DNA of 64,000 bases, taken from positions 21,472 to 85,471 of IMG/VR virus record IMGVR_UViG_3300015370_000516; one strand, 5' to 3'. Shown here one piece after another: positions 19,080-28,065 of the stretch (position 1 is the first letter of the stretch; the number at the start of each line of letters is the position of its first letter). Made by a program: the position numbers and the translations under genes. A model generated the notes under the pieces. It saw only the letters and a program-made list of their open reading frames with translations. It was not told where the DNA came from and ran no database searches. Source of the DNA: a virus. Taxonomy: Duplodnaviria > Caudoviricetes.

Positions 19080-19102
19080 AAATTTAAAGTTGAGATAAAC
19101 CC

Positions 19103-19456
19103 ATGAATATCAGAGATGGTGTAGCCGGAAAGTTCTATCTGAGTCCCAAGGGGCTAAAGATTCAGTTTCTCAGGAAACGCGTAGACAGTGACTACGTAGT
19201 TATCAAGAATCTCGCTTCTGGTGGGCATGAGTTAGTCGTTCCAGGTGATATGCAGGTTGAAGCAGATGTGTCCTTCGATCAAGTGATTATTACTCCAGAG
19301 GAGCAACCAACTGGCAGACGTAGGTTAGCTTTGCTTGTGCAACGGATACTCCAGGAATCCGGCATGGCAGTAGCAGAGATTGCTGACATTACCGGAATAG
19401 TTCCAGGCGTGGTACAGGATCATTTAGACAAATTGCTATCTCAGGAAGGTAATTAG
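19103..19456 (+). CDS. Small protein with C-terminal HTH
   Basis: LQESGMAVAEIADITGIVPGVVQDHL is HTH-like. Confidence 0.55.
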   Translation: MNIRDGVAGKFYLSPKGLKIQFLRKRVDSDYVVIKNLASGGHELVVPGDMQVEADVSFDQVIITPEEQPTGRRRLALLVQRILQESGMAVAEIADITGIVPGVVQDHLDKLLSQEGN

Positions 19457-19457
19457 T

Positions 19458-20924
19458 ATGCCTGCCCAATTTCAAGACTACCAAGCATTAATTAGATCGA
19501 TGCGTCCCAGGAGCTGGGATGATGTTATCGGGCAGTTACAAGTAGTCAGGCCTCTACGTAATATGATTTTGCGTGGCAAGATTCCCCAGACTATTTTGTT
19601 GGAGGGGGATCGTGGGCTTGGCAAGACCACTTGCGCTCGGCTACTGGCTGCTCGGATAAACTGCCGAGAAGTCCCCAAAGACCAGGCCGATCCCTGTGGT
19701 AAATGCCCATCATGTGTGGGTATTATCGGTGGGGCAACAGATTTTGTGGTTTCGGAAATTGATTGCGGGACCAGCAATAAAGTTGACGATATTGTTAGTC
19801 TTATTGGGCAGTCCGGGTACGGCTCTGGAAATAGAACCAGAGTATTTATCTTGGACGAGTTTCATCACGTAACCACCGCTGGCAAGACTGCGCTTTTAAA
19901 GCCTCTGGAAGAACCCAATCCCAACGTTCGCTGGATCTTATGCACCACCGAGGGACACAAGATTACGGGCACAATTAGGTCTCGATGCACCGCTCTTCAG
20001 TTCAGACCGATCAACGAAAAGACGATCAAGGCGTTTATTCAGCAGATCATCGAACGCTTAATCATCACCGGAGAAACTGAGGTCAAAGAGTTTGATGATG
20101 CCGCACTGGTAGCACTATCCGAACTATCAGATGGTTCGGTACGACAAGCTCTGTCCTTAGTTGAGCAGGTCTTGGCATTTGGGGGGGAGATTTTAACACC
20201 TGCAGTCGTTGAATTAGTATCTGGCAAAGCAACCTCTGAGCAGATTAGTCGATTTGTCATGGCTATTGTCAAAGGTCGTTTGGCTGCTGCAGACCGTCTA
20301 ATTCGAGAGGCTTATACCGATGAATTTACCGATGCTCTGTTGACTTATCTCTATCGGGTGTATATTCCTGGCAGGGGTGGTTCAGATGAGGTTGGAAGAA
20401 GGCAGTCAGCCCTAATGGTTCGAGCAGTTCAGACGTTTCAACCACATTATTCACATTCTGTAAATCGGGATGGATTACTCTTCGCTTTGTATGATGCACT
20501 TCATGGAATTGACGATGTTAAGGTATTTGAAGCCTCACCGGAAGCCAAAACAACTTCAGCAATCCCAGAAATGGATGAGTTAGAGCATATTAATCAATTA
20601 GTTGCTCTGGCTGGCAAGACTGGTCCTGTTGCCGTAGCCGAAGTTTGGGATGGTAATCGGATGATTATAGAACTTGGAAAGAAGAAAGTACCGGTTATGG
20701 TTATGCGCCCCGATCTTGTTTGGAATGGTATGATATACAAAGTTCCTGAGATTCCGGAACAGGTACGTTATGTAATTCTGGTTAAGCATATTGATAAAAT
20801 CATAAATATTGGAGAATTCCAGCCAAAGGAATTGATAGCAAACAAACTCATGTACACCAACGAGGAAGCTCGTGATAAACTCGCCAAGAAAGCAGCTCTT
20901 GAAAATGAGAAGGCATCCACATAA
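19458..20924 (+). CDS. dnaX: Clamp loader, DNA polymerase III gamma/tau-like
   Basis: RPRSWDDVIGQ, GDRGLGKTT, C..C..C Zn site, ILDEFH, LLKPLEEP, TIRSRC, GSVRQALSL. Confidence 0.93.
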   Translation: MPAQFQDYQALIRSMRPRSWDDVIGQLQVVRPLRNMILRGKIPQTILLEGDRGLGKTTCARLLAARINCREVPKDQADPCGKCPSCVGIIGGATDFVVSEIDCGTSNKVDDIVSLIGQSGYGSGNRTRVFILDEFHHVTTAGKTALLKPLEEPNPNVRWILCTTEGHKITGTIRSRCTALQFRPINEKTIKAFIQQIIERLIITGETEVKEFDDAALVALSELSDGSVRQALSLVEQVLAFGGEILTPAVVELVSGKATSEQISRFVMAIVKGRLAAADRLIREAYTDEFTDALLTYLYRVYIPGRGGSDEVGRRQSALMVRAVQTFQPHYSHSVNRDGLLFALYDALHGIDDVKVFEASPEAKTTSAIPEMDELEHINQLVALAGKTGPVAVAEVWDGNRMIIELGKKKVPVMVMRPDLVWNGMIYKVPEIPEQVRYVILVKHIDKIINIGEFQPKELIANKLMYTNEEARDKLAKKAALENEKAST

Positions 20925-20945
20925 TAGCACGTTGGGAGAATACAA

Positions 20946-22103
20946 ATGCAATCATTTACCGTAACGTTTAATCGTCAGCAGTTGGCTGATATACTGTCCA
21001 AGATGGTAAAGAATCTGAAACCTAAGCCGACTGAGACGGTGATTCGTAGGATGGTTCTCATTAAGCCTACAGAAGATGGTGGCATGGTTGTCATACTGGC
21101 GACCAATGAGAAACAGACTTATTTGTTCCGTAATATAGCCTATCAGACGGATTCTGGAGAACTATACCCCATTGCAGTTGACTTGATAAAACTTTCCAAG
21201 TTTGTGAGCTGTTCGGGTGGGGAAACGGTTAGTTTCCGGGCTGATTCTGACAAGGATAAACTATCGCTCAAGGCTGGCAATACTAAAGCCGATCTTGCTT
21301 ACTTGCCGGGAACTGACTATATTGAGCGACTTGGCCAGGACGAAACAGCCTTCATGCCACGCGGTGCAGCTGTGGGTGAAATTTCAGACCTACCATCGTT
21401 TGTCAAGACGCTTCAAATCATGAGCAGATGCACCGATGATGATCCGCTCAAATCCTTTCTTGACGGAATCTATACGGATGGGGAAGGAAATTTCATGGCT
21501 ACCGATCTGCTGCGCGGCATGTTAGTTCCGATGGAAGACCATCGGTGGAAAATCAGAACTGTGGTCCCCAACGATTTAGTAAATATGCTGGGGGACTTAT
21601 CTGCCGACAGAGTCTTGATATTCTGGGATCAGGATGAGATTTGGTTCTCTGATTTAGAAGGCAATGTTATTATTTCAGGGTTCTGCCGAGAGATTGAAAA
21701 GTTCCCACAAGCAGAACTCCAGAAGGTCTTCCAGGAGGCCGATAAAGCAACCATTGGCATCGTCCTCGACGCCGCAGAACTTAAAACGGTACTGGACAGA
21801 ATACGCACTTTCTTCAGCGATAATGTTCTGTGCACCCTTGCGTTTGGGGATAAGCTCAAACTCGTGGGGGTGGGAAATAACAAAGACCGCATGCAGGATG
21901 TTATTTCCTATTCGCTGTCCGATGGCGAGATTCCGGAGGAAATGTCGTTCCAGTTATACCTTTCCGCGCTGGAGTTGATTACTTCTGTGTACGAGGGAGA
22001 ATTTAAGCTGGACATCGTTTCCTTGCACAAGTCTATCCACTGTGAGAGTTCTTCGCTGGGGATTAAGATGTTCGTCGTTCCATATATTAGGATGGAGAGT
22101 TGA
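20946..22103 (+). CDS. dnaN: Sliding clamp, DNA polymerase III beta-like
   Basis: 385 aa three-domain size; FLDGIY...FMATDLLR, KFPQ, LKTVLDRI; follows dnaX. Confidence 0.8.
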   Translation: MQSFTVTFNRQQLADILSKMVKNLKPKPTETVIRRMVLIKPTEDGGMVVILATNEKQTYLFRNIAYQTDSGELYPIAVDLIKLSKFVSCSGGETVSFRADSDKDKLSLKAGNTKADLAYLPGTDYIERLGQDETAFMPRGAAVGEISDLPSFVKTLQIMSRCTDDDPLKSFLDGIYTDGEGNFMATDLLRGMLVPMEDHRWKIRTVVPNDLVNMLGDLSADRVLIFWDQDEIWFSDLEGNVIISGFCREIEKFPQAELQKVFQEADKATIGIVLDAAELKTVLDRIRTFFSDNVLCTLAFGDKLKLVGVGNNKDRMQDVISYSLSDGEIPEEMSFQLYLSALELITSVYEGEFKLDIVSLHKSIHCESSSLGIKMFVVPYIRMES

Positions 22104-22393
22104 TGCAGCGAACTACAGAAATGGTAGTAGCTACCATGATCAATGCCATTCCAATTAACAGGCTAATGGCAATCTGTGAAGATTTTGCTCTGGGGTCGGA
22201 ACCAACCGAGACCATAGACGTACTAAGGCAGCGGGTTAGGGCACACGTGGTCAATCTATCAGACGGGTTGACCCCAGTAGTTGCGCCGCCAGTAGATCCA
22301 GAGAAGAAGTCGGGGCTAAGAATAAAGAAATCCTCTCAGGACTTCGACCCCTTTGCACCCAAACGTCGGATTGTGCTCCAGAGACGAAAATAA
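22100..22393 (+). CDS. Hypothetical protein
   Basis: 97 aa ORF coupled to the clamp gene. Confidence 0.55.
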   Translation: MMQRTTEMVVATMINAIPINRLMAICEDFALGSEPTETIDVLRQRVRAHVVNLSDGLTPVVAPPVDPEKKSGLRIKKSSQDFDPFAPKRRIVLQRRK

Positions 22394-22394
22394 A

Positions 22395-23525
22395 CTACCC
22401 ACGAGTAACTTCGTGGATTTTAACCCTGTCATGGGACGAGTCTTCGGGCTGGTTTATAGCAGCCCCGACCGCGGCGATGTTCCGTGCCGCATTAACATCG
22501 GCATTTAGAACAGCACTACAGTTTGCACAGGAAAAGATTTGACCAGAACGATGCCCCAGACTGCCACAAAAAGAGCATATCTGGGATGTATAAGCGGGGT
22601 TAATTTTAATCACAGCGACCCCGGTTCGCATGGCCTTGTAGATAATCATCTGCTGAAGGGCGTAGAATGCCCAGCTATTGTGCAGACCTCGTTGGGATCT
22701 GCGCAGTTTTGGATTGGTGCGTTTCCGAATGTCCTTCAAGTTCTCCAGGGCGATGCTTCTGCCAGAAGCAGCAGCAGTTTCTACAATCTTTTTGCTGATG
22801 GTATGGTTGACGTTCTTGACGGCGCGAGATTCTTTGCCACTAAGCTGTTTGAGGGTACGACGGGCGTTTTTGCAAGTGCTCCGTTTTCCCGTTCCTGCCT
22901 TCGATTGAAGCGATCTGCGAGTTTTGTGCTGTTTCAATCGGTAAGTATTAAGAATCTCTCCACCAAACTGAACGCCATCCGATGTAGTTGCGATATTCTT
23001 AATTCCCAAATCCACCCCCAGAATTCCATCCGAAGTAGAGGATTCTGGGACATCCTCCTTAATCTGTATATTTATAAAATAATGCTTTTTGCCTTTGGTC
23101 AATTGTGCCGAAGTGGGATGTTGACCCGACAATGCTTGTCTTTGGTAATCTCCCAAATGAAGGTAAAACTTCTCTCGGCTCTCCAAGAGGGTAAGTTTCA
23201 CGCTCCAGTCATGTTCGTTGAAGGAAAAAATCCGTTCGTCAAAATCAACGCTGGAAGGTTTAAATCTGGAATTGGGGTTCCGTCTTAAAGCCACTGCTGT
23301 ACGTGCGATGGCACGGGATGCAAGATTAGCCTTCAGTTTAAAAATGGAACGTAGATTATAGTAGCATCCTCGATGAAGTGTGAATTGTCGTTTTTTGTCT
23401 GTCTTGCGTCCGTAATCCGCCACAAAATTGCAGGCTGCTGAAAAGGCTTTAAGGGTTCTTTCAATATGTTCCTGTTGTGGCTTTGTAGTCAACAATTTAC
23501 AGGATATAGTGCGGATGGCTTTCAT
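22395..23525 (-). CDS. tnpB: TnpB RNA-guided nuclease, catalytic residues intact
   Basis: GVDLG (RuvC-I), ALENL (RuvC-II), CSFC/CANC zinc finger, ADVNAARNI (RuvC-III). Confidence 0.95.
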   Translation of the reverse strand: MKAIRTISCKLLTTKPQQEHIERTLKAFSAACNFVADYGRKTDKKRQFTLHRGCYYNLRSIFKLKANLASRAIARTAVALRRNPNSRFKPSSVDFDERIFSFNEHDWSVKLTLLESREKFYLHLGDYQRQALSGQHPTSAQLTKGKKHYFINIQIKEDVPESSTSDGILGVDLGIKNIATTSDGVQFGGEILNTYRLKQHKTRRSLQSKAGTGKRSTCKNARRTLKQLSGKESRAVKNVNHTISKKIVETAAASGRSIALENLKDIRKRTNPKLRRSQRGLHNSWAFYALQQMIIYKAMRTGVAVIKINPAYTSQICSFCGSLGHRSGQIFSCANCSAVLNADVNAARNIAAVGAAINQPEDSSHDRVKIHEVTRG

Positions 23526-23531
23526 GCTCCA

Positions 23532-23560
23532 AATATAGCAAAACTTTCACTAAAAATCAA
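23532..23560 (-). promoter_or_regulatory. tnpB1 promoter
   Basis: TTGATT-N17-TATATT with TGn on the minus strand. Confidence 0.6.
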
Positions 23561-23638
23561 GAAGAATTTGAGAAATTTAACCAGAGCGGATGGCATAATT
23601 TCTACGATTGGAATCGTGGGGCTATTGTCATAAATATC

Positions 23639-26137
23639 ATGAGATGTACAGAATGTTCTCTATCCAAGACAGCAACACAGGAAGTAGAAGGCACTGGCCC
23701 CGTTAATACAGATACCCCAATTATGCTTATTGGGGAAGTTCCTGGAGAGGACGAGGATAAGCGGGGCGTTCCTTTTGTTGGTATAGCTGGTCAGCAAGTG
23801 CTGGATCCAATACTAAAGGCAGTTGGTCTGGATCGTAGAAAGATATGGATATTCAACGTATTGCGCTGCCGCCCGCAGAACAATAACATTGATTCTCCAG
23901 AAGCAAAAGATGGCTTAGGGATATGTCCTGGGCTATTTCTTTTTCCAGCTATAGAAGAACTCAGGCCCAAGATCATAGTTACTTTGGGTGCAATTTCCTC
24001 TAATCTACTTCTGGGCAGTAAGCGAGGTACTCGGCTGGCTGATTTACGGGGTCGCCCAGTTGAGAAATCCTTCGGGGAACACACCTGTTACGTAATGCCT
24101 TCCTATCACCCAGCATCGTTGTTACCAGGTCGTAATCCAGCTAACTATCAGATATTGCTTGAGGATATGCACCGAGCCGTTTCTTGGCTTAATGGTGCTC
24201 AGGTAGTAATTGCTGAGAAATATCGTACTTTAAAGTCGCGTACAATGGTTGATAAGTTTTTTGATTGGATGCATAATGGTGAAATGAATGATTTTATTTA
24301 TGACGTGGAAGCACAAGTATATGATGCTAACAGCAAACGCCCCAATATTTATAAGGACAAAATTCTGGGCATTAGTATTTCCTGGAGAGCTGGTCACGCT
24401 GTTTATCTTCCGTTACGTACCAGACCAGCTTTTAGTTATGAGTTGGAATCCTATTGGGGGGAGGATCAGGATTATGTAGTTGGTAGATTGAAAAAGGCTT
24501 TGGAAACTAATATAAGCAAAGGTGGGCAAAATGCTAAGTATGATAATATGATTTTAGAATGTGATTTAGGTATTAAGGTTTCTGGTTATAGTTTTGATAC
24601 TATGATTGCTTCTCATTTGCTTGATGAGAATCGAATGTCCCATGCCCTGGACGAACAGGTGCGTATTCATATACCAGAGAAATCGGGCTGGAAGGGCATG
24701 GCCCAGAAGGGAGACATGGCATCATTGTCTCTGGATACTATTGCGCAGTATTGTTGTTTAGACGCTGATTTAGAGCTTAGACTCAGAGACATTTATGCTG
24801 AACGTTTATGTAAGTACCCGCAATTTGAGCATCTATTTTATCATCATTGTATTCCTTACCAGCGCACTTTACAACGCATGGAATTAACCGGCGCACCGGT
24901 TGATGTATCAGCAGTTATCAAACTCAAAGCGGATTTGGAAGCTGAGATAACTAAAGCTGAAATCAGAATGCGTAAGGTTTTTGGAAGCACGGTTAATGTA
25001 GATTCCCCGACCGATGTTTATTTAGCGCTGAAGCAGAATGGCGTAGACGTAACGGCTTTAGAGGAAACCGATGATGATGATGTTCCTATTCTGGATGCTA
25101 AAGGGAATCCTAAGATAAGTACGAAAAAAGCTATGTTGGGTAGTTTATCGCAATCTTCGGGGTTGGTACAGTTGATTATGAATACCAGAGTGTTACAGAA
25201 AATGTTAAGTACCTATGTGATACCTATTGAGAGATTTCAGATAAACAATAGAATTCATGGATCATTTAAAATAACCGGAACGAAAACGGGGCGAATATCA
25301 AGTTCTGAACCCAATCTCCAAAACATCCCACGTGGTGGTGAACTTGATAATATAAGTCATGTTTGGGGCAAGCGGGTAAAGAGTGTTTATTGTGCTCAGG
25401 CTGGCTGGAAATTGATACAGGGCGATTTTTCACAAATGGAAGTTGGGGTATTGGCTGATTATTCCAGAGATGCAGCTCTGGTGGCTGCTTGTTCTACCGA
25501 AGATGTTCATTTTGCTGCAGCTTGTTCCTTATTTGGTTTGGATTTTAAAGAGGCGTATTCACGCTTTTTGCGGGGAGATCCATACTTGGCGAGTAGGCGG
25601 CAAATGATAAAGAGTATTGTATTTGGTCTTATTTACGGATCATCAGATGATTCTCTGGCAAAGTCTTATGGTCTTGACGTATCAGTGTTCAAAGATTTCC
25701 GGGCTAAATTCTTTCAGCGGTTTGGTGGGGTAGAGAAGTTTATTGGTAACACTCACCAGCAAATTGATGCTAATAAAGAAGTGATTTCCAAGTTTGGTCG
25801 GCATCGGAGAATACCCTACGCGGGACAAAAAGATAAATTGGGGAGAGCTCACCGGCAGGCGGTCAATAGTTTAATCCAAGGAACTGCCGCTGATATATGT
25901 GCCCAAGCTATCTATCGATTGGAAGATGAGTTAATAAAGTATAAGTACAGAGCCAGGCCAGTTTTAACAGTTCATGATTCTATTGTTACTGAAGTTCCTG
26001 ATGAGGAAGTGAACGAGGTTTGTGCTTTACAGCGTGAGATTATGCTGATGAAGCCGTTGCCGGATTTTAGCGTATCTTTGCGAGTCGATATTGAGGTAGG
26101 AGAACGCTGGAGTGAACTCAAGAAGGTGGGGGTATGA
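23639..26137 (+). CDS. polA: Family A DNA polymerase with N-terminal uracil-DNA-glycosylase (family 4-like) domain and 3'-5' exonuclease
   Basis: UDG: CTECSL...GEVPGEDED..G.PFVG...NVLRCRP...YHPA; exo: YDVE, NAKYD, YCCLDA; pol: TGRISSSEPNLQNIP, DFSQME, RQMIKSIVFGLIYG, TVHDS. Confidence 0.95.
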   Translation: MRCTECSLSKTATQEVEGTGPVNTDTPIMLIGEVPGEDEDKRGVPFVGIAGQQVLDPILKAVGLDRRKIWIFNVLRCRPQNNNIDSPEAKDGLGICPGLFLFPAIEELRPKIIVTLGAISSNLLLGSKRGTRLADLRGRPVEKSFGEHTCYVMPSYHPASLLPGRNPANYQILLEDMHRAVSWLNGAQVVIAEKYRTLKSRTMVDKFFDWMHNGEMNDFIYDVEAQVYDANSKRPNIYKDKILGISISWRAGHAVYLPLRTRPAFSYELESYWGEDQDYVVGRLKKALETNISKGGQNAKYDNMILECDLGIKVSGYSFDTMIASHLLDENRMSHALDEQVRIHIPEKSGWKGMAQKGDMASLSLDTIAQYCCLDADLELRLRDIYAERLCKYPQFEHLFYHHCIPYQRTLQRMELTGAPVDVSAVIKLKADLEAEITKAEIRMRKVFGSTVNVDSPTDVYLALKQNGVDVTALEETDDDDVPILDAKGNPKISTKKAMLGSLSQSSGLVQLIMNTRVLQKMLSTYVIPIERFQINNRIHGSFKITGTKTGRISSSEPNLQNIPRGGELDNISHVWGKRVKSVYCAQAGWKLIQGDFSQMEVGVLADYSRDAALVAACSTEDVHFAAACSLFGLDFKEAYSRFLRGDPYLASRRQMIKSIVFGLIYGSSDDSLAKSYGLDVSVFKDFRAKFFQRFGGVEKFIGNTHQQIDANKEVISKFGRHRRIPYAGQKDKLGRAHRQAVNSLIQGTAADICAQAIYRLEDELIKYKYRARPVLTVHDSIVTEVPDEEVNEVCALQREIMLMKPLPDFSVSLRVDIEVGERWSELKKVGV

Positions 26138-27186
26138 TATTTCCTAAAGACTATGAAAATAAAGTTATTTGTGGTGACTGTCTTAGTATTATGAAGGGGA
26201 TGCCGGATAAGTGCGTTAGTCTGGTGATTGCTGACCCGCCATATTATCGGATTGCTAACGAGAGTTGGGATAAGCAACATTCCAGCATTGCGGAATACAT
26301 AAAATGGCTTGAGCCTATCGCTATTGAATTAAAACGCTTACTTTGTGATCGTGGGAGTTTGTTTATCTTCGGTGATGATCGCAATATTGCCTATGTTCAA
26401 GTGCTATTTGATCAATATTTTGTCTTTTTGAATCATCTCGTTTGGCACAAAACAAACAATTTACCCCAGAAGAATGCTGCTAATCTGAAGTCTTTTCCAG
26501 TAATGAGTGAGCGTATTCTATACTATGGTCTTTATGGTGATAGAACTGGCTTACAATCTATCTATGAAAACCCAGATTGCTTTAATGCTATTAAGGCTTA
26601 TATGCGCCAAGAGAGAGATGCGCTTATGAAACATTTAGGACATAGTACGCTGGATCAATTCAACCAATATATCAATGATCTTACGGATACAAAAAGTGTA
26701 GTATCTCGTCATTATTTCTCTGACTCACAATGGGTATTCCCAACCGCTGAAATCTACGCTAAACTACAGACGGCGGGTTATTTTCAGCGTGAGTATAAAG
26801 GTTTTCAACGCGAGTATGAAAGTCTTAGACGCGAGTATGAAAGCCTTAGACGCGAGTATGAACCACAAAAAGGTATTCACGAAATTATTGCGCTGCCTAT
26901 TATATCAGGAAATGACAATACTGCACACCCGACAACTAAGCCGCTTGCACTTATGAAGATATTGATAAAGAGCGCCTCACGCGTTGGTGATTTAGTATTA
27001 GACCCGATGTGCGGCTCTGGCACAACCGCCGTTGCCGCGAAGCAACTCGGACGTCGTTTTATAGGAATTGAGATCAACCCCGACTATTGTAAAATTGCCA
27101 AAGATAGATTAGCCAATTTCATAGATGCAACAACAGAAGAACGTGCCCAAGCCGGACTTCCCATGAACTTTATGGATTTGCTATGA
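26134..27186 (+). CDS. Beta-class DNA amino-methyltransferase 1 (likely m6A)
   Basis: ADPPY, HPTTKP, VLDPMCGSGTT. Confidence 0.93.
   Translation: MIFPKDYENKVICGDCLSIMKGMPDKCVSLVIADPPYYRIANESWDKQHSSIAEYIKWLEPIAIELKRLLCDRGSLFIFGDDRNIAYVQVLFDQYFVFLNHLVWHKTNNLPQKNAANLKSFPVMSERILYYGLYGDRTGLQSIYENPDCFNAIKAYMRQERDALMKHLGHSTLDQFNQYINDLTDTKSVVSRHYFSDSQWVFPTAEIYAKLQTAGYFQREYKGFQREYESLRREYESLRREYEPQKGIHEIIALPIISGNDNTAHPTTKPLALMKILIKSASRVGDLVLDPMCGSGTTAVAAKQLGRRFIGIEINPDYCKIAKDRLANFIDATTEERAQAGLPMNFMDLL
26787..26862 (+). repeat. 21-bp in-frame tandem repeat (REYESLR heptads)
   Basis: acgcgagtatgaa at 26808, 26829 and 26850, plus a degenerate copy at 26787. Confidence 0.9.
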
Positions 27187-27995
27187 TTTGGGAACGAGAT
27201 TATATTGGTAAAGTTATTTGTGCTGATAGTTTGCAGGCACTAAGTTCTATACCAGAAAAGAGTATTGATCTTATTGTTACAGATCCTCCTTATGGTCATA
27301 ATAACAATGACGGTGATTTGATTGCTAATTGGGAAGCTGTTTTTGGTGGGGACAGAACTAAATCTAAGCCGCGTCCCATTGCCCAGGATGGGGTAGAGGC
27401 AAATGAACTTTATAAACAATTTCTGAAGGAAGCCTTTCGGGTTTTAAAGCCTGGCAGTTGTTGTTGTTGTTGTGGTGGTGGTGGTGGGCCAGACCCACAG
27501 TTTGCTCGGTGGTCTTTGTGGATGGATGAGGTGTTTCAATTTAAGCACATGGTTGTATGGGACAAAGGAGGGATGGGCCTAGGCCATCATTATCGGCGTA
27601 GTTATGAGACTATTCTGGTGGGGCAAAAGCCTGGGGCAGCTTGTAAATGGTATGATAAGTCCAAGAGGATTGAAAACGTAATCCGACCAGGTATGTACGG
27701 AATTCATAAAATAATACCCAATGAAAATCAGCATCCTACTGAGAAACCAGTAGAATTGATGCAATTTTTTATTGAGTTACATTCAACGGGGAATGACATT
27801 GTTCTCGATCCTTTTTGCGGTCATGGATCAACTCTGCTGGCTGCCAGAAAACTGGGAAGGCGGTTTATAGGCATAGACGTAGATGCTGGCTTTTGTGAGA
27901 TAAGCAGGAAAAAATTGGCAGAATTACATGGAGCTACAACAGAGGAACGTGCCGCCGCTGGGTTGCCAATGACTTTCTTGGACACACTTACATAA
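27183..27995 (+). CDS. Beta-class DNA amino-methyltransferase 2
   Basis: TDPPY, HPTEKP, VLDPFCGHGST. Confidence 0.93.
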   Translation: MIWERDYIGKVICADSLQALSSIPEKSIDLIVTDPPYGHNNNDGDLIANWEAVFGGDRTKSKPRPIAQDGVEANELYKQFLKEAFRVLKPGSCCCCCGGGGGPDPQFARWSLWMDEVFQFKHMVVWDKGGMGLGHHYRRSYETILVGQKPGAACKWYDKSKRIENVIRPGMYGIHKIIPNENQHPTEKPVELMQFFIELHSTGNDIVLDPFCGHGSTLLAARKLGRRFIGIDVDAGFCEISRKKLAELHGATTEERAAAGLPMTFLDTLT

Positions 27996-28014
27996 AAAAT
28001 TTAATAGATAGTAT

Positions 28015-28043
28015 TTGTAATATACAAGTAAAAGTATTATATT
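28015..28043 (+). promoter_or_regulatory. Sigma70-like promoter of the recombination operon
   Basis: TTGTAA-N17-TATATT upstream of recA. Confidence 0.7.
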
Positions 28044-28065
28044 ACCATAAAGCGATGATACTGAG

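Larger units (their letters stand above)
22390..23638 (-). mobile_element. IS200/IS605-family (IS1341-like, tnpB only) element 1
   Basis: Subterminal hairpins at both ends (CCCCACGATTCCAATCGTAG and CCACGAAGTTACTCGTGG); TCAT flank at the left end; no tnpA. Confidence 0.85.

Noticed and set aside
18978-19080. tRNA or tmRNA
   Set aside because: Acceptor-like stem only; no TPsiC loop, anticodon arm or tag ORF
22539-23288. 249-aa + strand ORF, and similar ORFs at 52403 and 52826
   Set aside because: Antisense shadows of the tnpB genes with no recognisable motifs
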